This document shows, piece by piece, positions 54,101 through 64,000 of a stretch of 64,000 bases of DNA. Origin of the DNA: Auanema rhodensis (Eukaryota; Animalia; Nematoda). Numbering within the stretch: the first letter of the stretch is position 1; every line of letters begins with the position of its first letter. The notes below the pieces were generated by a model. That model saw only the letters and a program-made list of their open reading frames with translations. It had not been told where the DNA came from and did no database searches. The DNA is taken from positions 22,568,001 through 22,632,000 of the forward strand of contig OZ059897.1 in assembly GCA_964057225.1 (NCBI GenBank). The letters run 5' to 3'. The position numbers and the translations under genes are program-made.

Positions 54101-57100
54101 CCAATATCAATAAAAATTTGTTTTTAGACTAATATGGACATGGGGAATCTAATTTTGAAAACCGCATCTCTTTATCTTTCACGTGGAGCGAGTTACATAC
54201 CAAGTGCACATCACGTGTACATTTATTTAGCATAAATTAAAGTTCACGTAAATTTCAAAGTCATGGTTACCATTCACCAATATCAATAAAAATTTGTTTT
54301 TAGACTAATATGGACATGGGGAATCTAATTTTGAAAACCGCATCTCTTTATCTTTCACGTGAAGCGAGTTACATACCAAGTGCACATCACGTGTACATTT
54401 AATTAGCATAAATTAAAGTTCACGTAAATTTCAAAGTCATAGTTACCATGAAGCAATATCAATAAAAATTTGTTTTTAGACTAATATGGACATGGGGAAT
54501 CTAATTTTGAAAACCGCATCTCTTTATCTTTCACGTGAAGCGAGTTACATACCAAGTGCACATCACGTGTACATTTATTTAGCATAAATTAAAGTTCACG
54601 TAAATTTCAAAGTCATGGTTACCATGAACCAATATCAATAAAAATTTGTTTTTAGACTAATATGGACATGGGGAATCTAATTTTGAAAACCGCATTTCTT
54701 TATCTTTCACGTGAAGCGAGTTACATACCAAGAGCACATCACGTGTACATTTAATTAGCATAAATTAAAGTTCACGTAAATTTCAAAGGCATGGTTACCA
54801 TGAAGCAATATCAATAAAAATTTGTTTTTAGACTAATATGGACATGGGGAATCTAATTTTGAAAACCGCATCTCTTTATCTTTCACGTGAAGCGAGTTAC
54901 ATACCAAGTGCACATCACGTGTACATTTAATTAGCATAAATTAAAGTTCACGTAAATTTCAAAGTCATGGTTACCATGAACCAATATCAATAAAAATTTG
55001 TTTTTAGACTAATATGGACATGGGGAATCTAATTTTGAAAACCGCATCTCTTTATCTTTCACGTGAAGCGAGTTACATACCAAGTGCACATCACGTGTAC
55101 ATTTAATTAGCATAAATTAAAGTTCACGTAAATTTCAAAGTCATGGTTACCATGAACCAATATCAATAAAAATTTGTTTTCAGACTAATATGGACATGGG
55201 GAATCTAATTTTGAAAACCGCATCTCTTTATCTTTCACGTGAAGCGAGTTACATACCAAGTGCACATCACGTGTACATTTAATTAGCATAAATTAAAGTT
55301 CACGTAAATTTCAAAGTCATGGTTACCATGAAGCAATATCAATAAAAATTTGTTTTTAGACTAATATGGACATGGGGAATCTAATTTTGAAAACCGCATC
55401 TCTTTATCTTTCACGTGAAGCGAGTTACGTACCAAGTGCACATCACGTGTACATTTAATTAGCATTAATTAAAGTTCACGTAAATTTCAAAGTCATGGTT
55501 ACCATGAACCAATATCAATAAAAATTTGTTTTTAGACTAATATGGACATGGGGAATCTAATTTTGAAAACCGCATCTCCTTATCTTTCACGTGAAGCGAG
55601 TTACATACCAAGTGCACATCACGTGTACATTTAATTAGCATAAATTAAAGTTCACGTAAATTTCAAAGTCATGGTTACCATGCACCAATATCAATAAAAA
55701 TTTGTTTTTAGACTAATATGGACATGGGGAATCTAATTTTGAAAACCGCATCTCTTTATCTTTCACGTGGAGCGAGTTACATACCAAGTGCACATCACGT
55801 GTACATTTATTTAGCATAAATTAAAGTTCACGTAAATTTCAAAGTCATGGTTACCATTCACCAATATCAATAAAAATTTGTTTTTAGACTAATATGGACA
55901 TGGGGAATCTAATTTTGAAAACCGCATCTCTTTATCTTTCACGTGAAGCGAGTTACATACCAAGTGCACATCACGTGTACATTTAATTAGCATAAATTAA
56001 AGTTCACGTAAATTTCAAAGTCATGGTTACCATGAAGCAATATCAATAAAAATTTGTTTTTAGACTAATATGGACATGGGGAATCTAATTTTGAAAACCG
56101 CATCTCTTTATCTTTCACGTGAAGCGAGTTACGTACCAAGTGCACATCACGTGTACATTTAATTAGCATTAATTAAAGTTCACGTAAATTTCAAAGTCAT
56201 GGTTACCATGAACCAATATCAATAAAAATTTGTTTTTAGACTAATATGGACATGGGGAATCTAATTTTGAAAACCGCATCTCCTTATCTTTCACGTGAAG
56301 CGAGTTACATACCAAGTGCACATCACGTGTACATTTAATTAGCATAAATTAAAGTTCACGTAAATTTCAAAGTCATGGTTACCATGCACCAATATCAATA
56401 AAAATTTGTTTTTAGACTAATATGGACATGGGGAATCTAATTTTGAAAACCGCATCTCTTTATCTTTCACGTGGAGCGAGTTACATACCAAGTGCACATC
56501 ACGTGTACATTTATTTAGCATAAATTAAAGTTCACGTAAATTTCAAAGTCATGGTTACCATTCACCAATATCAATAAAAATTTGTTTTTAGACTAATATG
56601 GACATGGGGAATCTAATTTTGAAAACCGCATCTCTTTATCTTTCACGTGAAGCGAGTTACATACCAAGTGCACATCACGTGTACATTTAATTAGCATAAA
56701 TTAAAGTTCACGTAAATTTCAAAGTCATAGTTACCATGAAGCAATATCAATAAAAATTTGTTTTTAGACTAATATGGACATGGGGAATCTAATTTTGAAA
56801 ACCGCATCTCTTTATCTTTCACGTGAAGCGAGTTACATACCAAGTGCACATCACGTGTACATTTAATTAGCATAAATTAAAGTTCACGTAAATTTCAAAG
56901 TCATGGTTACCATGAAGCAATATCAATAAAAATTTGTTTTTAGACTAATATGGACATGGGGAATCTAATTTTGAAAACCGCATCTCTTTATCTTTCACGT
57001 GAAGCGAGTTACATACCAAGTGCACATCACGTGTACATTTAATTAGCATAAATTAAAGTTCACGTAAATTTCAAAGTCATGGTTACCATGAAGCAATATC

Positions 57101-60100
57101 AATAAAAATTTGTTTTTAGACTAATATGGACATGGGGAATCTAATTTTGAAAACCGCATCTCTTTATCTTTCACGTGAAGCGAGTTACATACCAAGTGCA
57201 CATCACGTGTACATTTAATTAGCATAAATTAAAGTTCACGTAAATTTCAAAGTCATGGTTACCATGAACCAATATCAATAAAAATTTGTTTTTAGACTAA
57301 TATGGACATGGGGAATCTAATTTTGAAAACCGCATCTCTTTATCTTTCACGTGAAGCGAGTTACATACCAAGTGCACATCACGTGTACATTTAATTAGCA
57401 TAAATTAAAGTTCACGTAAATTTCAAAGTCATGGTTACCATGAACTAATATCAATAAAAATTTGTTTTTAGACTAATATGGACATGGGGAATCTAATTTT
57501 GAAAACCGCATCTCTTTATCTTTCACGTGAAGCGAGTTACATACCAAGTGCACATCACGTGTACATTTAATTAGCATAAATTAAAGTTCACGTAAATTTC
57601 AAAGTCATGGTTACCATGAACCAATATCAATAAAAATTTGTTTTTAGACTAATATGGACATGGGGAATCTAATTTTGAAAACCGCATCTCTTTATCTTTC
57701 ACGTGAAGCGAGTTACATACCAAGTGCACATCACGTGTACATTTAATTAGCATAAATTAAAGTTCACGTAAATTTCAAAGTCATGGTTACCATGAACTAA
57801 TATCAATAAAAATTTGTTTTTAGACTAATATGGACATGGGGAATCTAATTTTGAAAACCGCATCTCTTTATCTTTCACATGAAGCGAGTTACATACCAAG
57901 TGCACATCACGTGTACATTTAATTAGCATAAATTAAAGTTCACGTAAATTTCAAAGTCATGGTTACCATGAACCAATATCAATAAAAATTAGTTTTTAGA
58001 CTAATATGGACATGGGGAATCTAATTTTGAAAACCGCATCTCTTTATCTTTCACGTGAAGCGAGTTACATACCAAGTGCACATCACGTGTACATTTAATT
58101 AGCATAAATTAAAGTTCACGTAAATTTCAAAGTCATGGTTACCATGAACCAATATCAATAAAAATTTGTTTTTAGACTAATATGGACATGGGGAATCTAA
58201 TTTTGAAAACCGCATCTCTTTATCTTTCACGTGAAGCGAGTTACATACCAAGTGCACATCACGTGTACATTTAATTAGCATAAATTAAAGTTCACGTAAA
58301 TTTCAAAGTCATGGTTACCATGAACCAATATCAATAAAAATTTGTTTTTAGACTAATATGGACATGGGGAATCTAATTTTGAAAACCGCATCTCTTTATC
58401 TTTCACGTGAAGCGAGTTACATACCAAGTGCACATCACGTGTACATTTAATTAGCATAAATTAAAGTTCACGTAAATTTCAAAGTCATGGTTACCATGCA
58501 CCAATATCAATAAAAATTTGTTTTTAGACTAATATGGACATGGGGAATCTAATTTTGAAAACCGCATCTCTTTATCTTTCACGTGAAGCGAGTTACATAC
58601 CAAGTGCACATCACGTGTACATTTAATTAGCATAAATTAAAGTTCACGTAAATTTCAAAGTCATGGTTACCATGCACCAATATCAATAAAAATTTGTTTT
58701 TAGACTAATATGAACATGGGGAATCTAATTTTGAAAACCGCATCTCTTTATCTTTCACGTGAAGCGAGTTACATACCAAGTGCACATCACGTGTACATTT
58801 AATTAGCATAAATTAAAGTTCACGTAAATTTCAAAGTCATGGTTACCATGAACCAATATCAATAAAAATTTGTTTTTAGACTAATATGGACATGGGGAAT
58901 CTAATTTTGAAAACCGCATCTCTTCATCTTTCACGTGAAGCGAGTTACATACCAAGTGCACATCACGTGTACATTTAATTAGCATAAATTAAAGTTCACG
59001 TAAATTTCAAAGTCATGGTTACCATGCACCAATATCAATAAAAATTTGTTTTTAGACTAATATGAACATGGGGAATCTAATTTTGAAAACCGCATCTCTT
59101 TATCTTTCACGTGAAGCGAGTTACATACCAAGTGCACATCACGTGTACATTTAATTAGCATAAATTAAAGTTCACGTAAATTTCAAAGTCATGGTTACCA
59201 TGAACCAATATCAATAAAAATTTGTTTTTAGACTAATATGGACATGGGGAATCTAATTTTGAAAACCGCATCTCTTCATCTTTCACGTGAAGCGAGTTAC
59301 ATACCAAGTGCACATCACGTGTACATTTAATTAGCATAAATTAAAGTTCACGTAAATTTCAAAGTCATGGTTACCATGCACAAATATCAATAAAAATTTG
59401 TTTTTAGACTAATATGGACATGGGGAATCTAATTTTGAAAACCGCATCTCCTTATCTTTCACGTGAAGCGAGTTACATACCAAGTGCACATCACGTGTAC
59501 ATTTAATTAGCATAAATTAAAGTTCACGTAAATTTCAAAGTCATGGTTACCATGCACCAATATCAATAAAAATTTGTTTTTAGACTAATATGGACATGGG
59601 GAATCTAATTTTGAAAACCGCATCTCTTTATCTTTCACGTGGAGCGAGTTACATACCAAGTGCACATCACGTGTACATTTATTTAGCATAAATTAAAGTT
59701 CACGTAAATTTCAAAGTCATGGTTACCATTCACCAATATCAATAAAAATTTGTTTTTAGACTAATATGGACATGGGGAATCTAATTTTGAAAACCGCATC
59801 TCTTTATCTTTCACGTGAAGCGAGTTACATACCAAGTGCACATCACGTGTACATTTAATTAGCATAAATTAAAGTTCACGTAAATTTCAAAGTCATAGTT
59901 ACCATGAAGCAATATCAATAAAAATTTGTTTTTAGACTAATATGGACATGGGGAATCTAATTTTGAAAACCGCATCTCTTTATCTTTCACGTGAAGCGAG
60001 TTACATACCAAGTGCACATCACGTGTACATTTATTTAGCATAAATTAAAGTTCACGTAAATTTCAAAGTCATGGTTACCATGAACCAATATCAATAAAAA

Positions 60101-63100
60101 TTTGTTTTTAGACTAATATGGACATGGGGAATCTAATTTTGAAAACCGCATTTCTTTATCTTTCACGTGAAGCGAGTTACATACCAAGAGCACATCACGT
60201 GTACATTTAATTAGCATAAATTAAAGTTCACGTAAATTTCAAAGTCATGGTTACCATGAAGCAATATCAATAAAAATTTGTTTTTAGACTAATATGGACA
60301 TGGGGAATCTAATTTTGAAAACCGCATCTCTTTATCTTTCACGTGAAGCGAGTTACATACCAAGAGCACATCACGTGTACATTTAATTAGCATAAATTAA
60401 AGTTCACGTAAATTTCAAAGTCATGGTTACCATGAAGCAATATCAATAAAAATTTGTTTTTAGACTAATATGGACATGGGGAATCTAATTTTGAAAACCG
60501 CATCTCTTTATCTTTCACGTGAAGCGAGTTACATACCAAGTGCACATCACGTGTACATTTAATTAGCATAAATTAAAGTTCACGTAAATTTCAAAGTCAT
60601 GGTTACCATGAAGCAATATCAATAAAAATTTGTTTTTAGACTAATATGGACATGGGGAATCTAATTTTGAAAACCGCATCTCTTTATCTTTCACGTGAAG
60701 CGAGTTACGTACCAAGTGCACATCACGTGTACATTTAATTAGCATTAATTAAAGTTCACGTAAATTTCAAAGTCATGGTTACCATGAACCAATATCAATA
60801 AAAATTTGTTTTTAGACTAATATGGACATGGGGAATCTAATTTTGAAAACCGCATCTCTTTATCTTTCACGTGAAGCGAGTTACATACCAAGTGCACATC
60901 ACGTGTACATTTAATTAGCATAAATTAAAGTTCACGTAAATTTCAAAGTCATGGTTACCATGCACCAATATCAATAAAAATTTGTTTTTAGACTAATATG
61001 GACATGGGGAATCTAATTTTGAAAACCGCATCTCTTTATCTTTCACGTGAAGCGAGTTACATACCAAGTGCACATCACGTGTTCATTTAATTAGCATAAA
61101 TTAAAGTTCACGTAAATTTCAAAGTCATGGTTACCATGCACCAATATCAATAAAAATTTGTTTTTAGACTAATATGGACATGGGGAATCTAATTTTGAAA
61201 ACCGCATCTCTTTATCTTTCACGTGAAGCGAGTTACATACCAAGTGCACATCACGTGTACATTTAATTAGCATAAATTAAAGTTCACGTAAATTTCAAAG
61301 TCATGGTTACCATGCACCAATATCAATAAAAATTTGTTTTTAGACTAATATGAACATGGGGAATCTAATTTTGAAAACCGCATCTCTTTATCTTTCACGT
61401 GAAGCGAGTTACATACCAAGTGCACATCACGTGTACATTTAATTAGCATAAATTAAAGTTCACGTAAATTTCAAAGTCATGGTTACCATGAACCAATATC
61501 AATAAAAATTTGTTTTTAGACTAATATGGACATGGGGAATCTAATTTTGAAAACCGCATCTCTTCATCTTTCACGTGAAGCGAGTTACATACCAAGTGCA
61601 CATCACGTGTACATTTAATTAGCATAAATTAAAGTTCACGTAAATTTCAAAGTCATGGTTACCATGCACAAATATCAATAAAAATTTGTTTTTAGACTAA
61701 TATGGACATGGGGAATCTAATTTTGAAAACCGCATCTCTTTATCTTTCACGTGAAGCGAGTTACATACCAAGTGCACATCACGTGTACATTTAATTAGCA
61801 TAAATTAAAGTTCACGTAAATTTCAAAGTCATAGTTACCATGAAGCAATATCAATAAAAATTTGTTTTTAGACTAATATGGACATGGGGAATCTAATTTT
61901 GAAAACAGCATCTCTTTATCTTTCACGTGAAGCGAGTTACATACCAAGTGCACATCACGTGTACATTTATTTAGCATAAATTAAAGTTCACGTAAATTTC
62001 AAAGTCATGGTTACCATGAACCAATATCAATAAAAATTTGTTTTTAGACTAATATGGACATGGGGAATCTAATTTTGAAAACCGCATTTCTTTATCTTTC
62101 ACGTGAAGCGAGTTACATACCAAGAGCACATCACGTGTACATTTAATTAGCATAAATTAAAGTTCACGTAAATTTCAAAGTCATGGTTACCATGAAGCAA
62201 TATCAATAAAAATTTGTTTTTAGACTAATATGGACATGGGGAATCTAATTTTGAAAACCGCATCTCTTTATCTTTCACGTGAAGCGAGTTACATACCAAG
62301 TGCACATCACGTGTACATTTAATTAGCATAAATTAAAGTTCACGTAAATTTCAAAGTCATGGTTACCATGAAGCAATATCAATAAAAATTTGTTTTTAGA
62401 CTAATATGGACATGGGGAATCTAATTTTGAAAACCGCATCTCTTTATCTTTCACGTGAAGCGAGTTACATACCAAGTGCACATCACGTGTACATTTAATT
62501 AGCATAAATTAAAGTTCACGTAAATTTCAAAGTCATGGTTACCATGAAGCAATATCAATAAAAATTTGTTTTTAGACTAATATGGACATGGGGAATCTAA
62601 TTTTGAAAACCGCATCTCTTCATCTTTCACGTGAAGCGAGTTACATACCAAGTGCACATCACGTGTACATTTAATTAGCATTAATTAAAGTTCACGTAAA
62701 TTTCAAAGTCATGGTTACCATGAACCAATATCAATAAAAATTTGTTTTTAGACTAATATAGACATGGGGAATCTAATTTTGAAAACCGCATCTCTTTATC
62801 TTTCACGTGAAGCGAGTTACATACCAAGTGCACATCACGTGTACATTTAATTAGCATAAATTAAAGTTCACGTAAATTTCAAAGTCATGGTTACCATGAA
62901 CTAATATCAATAAAAATTTGTTTTTAGACTAATATGGACATGGGGAATCTAATTTTGAAAACCGCATCTCTTTATCTTTCACGTGAAGCGAGTTACATAC
63001 CAAGTGCACATCACGTGTACATTTAATTAGCATAAATTAAAGTTCACGTAAATTTCAAAGTCATGGTTACCATGAACCAATATCAATAAAAATTTGTTTT

Positions 63101-64000
63101 TAGACTAATATGGACATGGGGAATCTAATTTTGAAAACCGCATCTCTTTATCTTTCACGTGAAGCGAGTTACATACCAAGTGCACATCACGTGTACATTT
63201 AATCAGCATAAATTAAAGTTCACGTAAATTTCAAAGTCATGGTTACCATGCACAAATATCAATAAAAATTTGTTTTTAGACTAATATGGACATGGGGAAT
63301 CTAATTTTGAAAACCGCATCTCTTTATCTTTCACGTGAAGCGAGTTACATACCAAGTGCACATCACGTGTACATTTAATTAGCATAAATTAAAGTTCACG
63401 TAAATTTCAAAGTCATAGTTACCATGAAGCAATATCAATAAAAATTTGTTTTTAGACTATTATGGACATGGGGAATCTAATTTTGAAAACCGCATCTCTT
63501 TATCTTTCACGTGAAGCGAGTTACATACCAAGTGCACATCACGTGTACATTTATTTAGCATAAATTAAAGTTCACGTAAATTTCAAAGTCATGGTTACCA
63601 TGAACCAATATCAATAAAAATTTGTTTTTAGACTAATATGGATATGGGGAATCTAATTTTGAAAACCGCATTTCTTTATCTTTCACGTGAAGCGAGTTAC
63701 ATACCAAGAGCACATCACGTGTACATTTAATTAGCATAAATTAAAGTTCACGTAAATTTCAAAGTCATGGTTACCATGAAGCAATATCAATAAAAATTTG
63801 TTTTTAGACTAATATGGACATGGGGAATCTAATTTTGAAAACCGCATCTCTTTATCTTTCACGTGAAGCGAGTTACATACCAAGTGCACATCACGTGTAC
63901 ATTTATTTAGCATAAATTAAAGTTCACGTAAATTTCAAAGTCATGGTTACCATGAACCAATATCAATAAAAATTTGTTTTTAGACTAATATGGACATGGG

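Larger units (their letters stand above)
1..64000. repeat. Tandem satellite array, 176-bp monomer, ~363.7 copies, single orientation (probable centromeric/pericentromeric satellite, family not identified)
   Basis: GTTACATACCAAG recurs at 1, 177, 353 ... 2641 (15x176+1), 5281, 7921 and 10561. Register shifts only at three indels: starts become 11268, then 24634, then 46272, and the last start is 63872. The array runs off both window ends. The centromeric interpretation is inference from size and homogeneity. Confidence 0.99.
42234..64000. repeat. Macro-repeat unit 2 (truncated by window end; 64000 corresponds to ~41306 of unit 1)
   Basis: Every marker offset equals n x 176 - 10 (22342, 21814, 21638, 22518, 23750, 22694), consistent with a collinear duplicate that later gained or lost whole monomers. 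Confidence 0.9.

Noticed and set aside
1-64000. CRISPR array, or tandem tRNA/5S/snRNA gene cluster
   Set aside because: There are no unique spacers because the entire unit repeats. I recognise no cloverleaf, 5S, spliced-leader or snRNA sequence.
1-64000. Transposon insertion, inversion or telomeric repeat within the array
   Set aside because: The monomer register is fully accounted for from 1 to 64000 by +3, -10 and -10 shifts, leaving no room for foreign sequence or a strand switch.

Overview
The whole 64-kb window is one uninterrupted head-to-tail satellite DNA array. It consists of a 176-bp, ~32% GC monomer in about 363 complete copies plus a 129-bp partial copy, all in the same orientation, usually differing by only 0-4 substitutions. 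I see no genes, RNA genes, transposon insertions or CRISPR spacers, and the three 60-aa ORFs are chance read-throughs caused by single SNPs. Monomer length, AT-richness and homogeneity fit a eukaryotic centromeric or pericentromeric satellite, but I do not recognise the family or organism. The informative signal lies in the variants. There are only three indel sites: +3 bp at ~11214, and the same 10-bp deletion at ~24520 and ~46158. Variant haplotypes form distinct domains, and most variation is concentrated in monomer positions 83-87. Duplications are nested at periods of 1, 2, 3, 4, 6, 7, 12, 16 and 22 monomers, topped by a recent ~22.3-kb (~127-monomer) tandem duplication (19892-42233 vs 42234-end). 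The monomer is also dense in short dyad symmetries and carries three CACGT motifs spaced 32-33 bp apart. All counts were made by eye.
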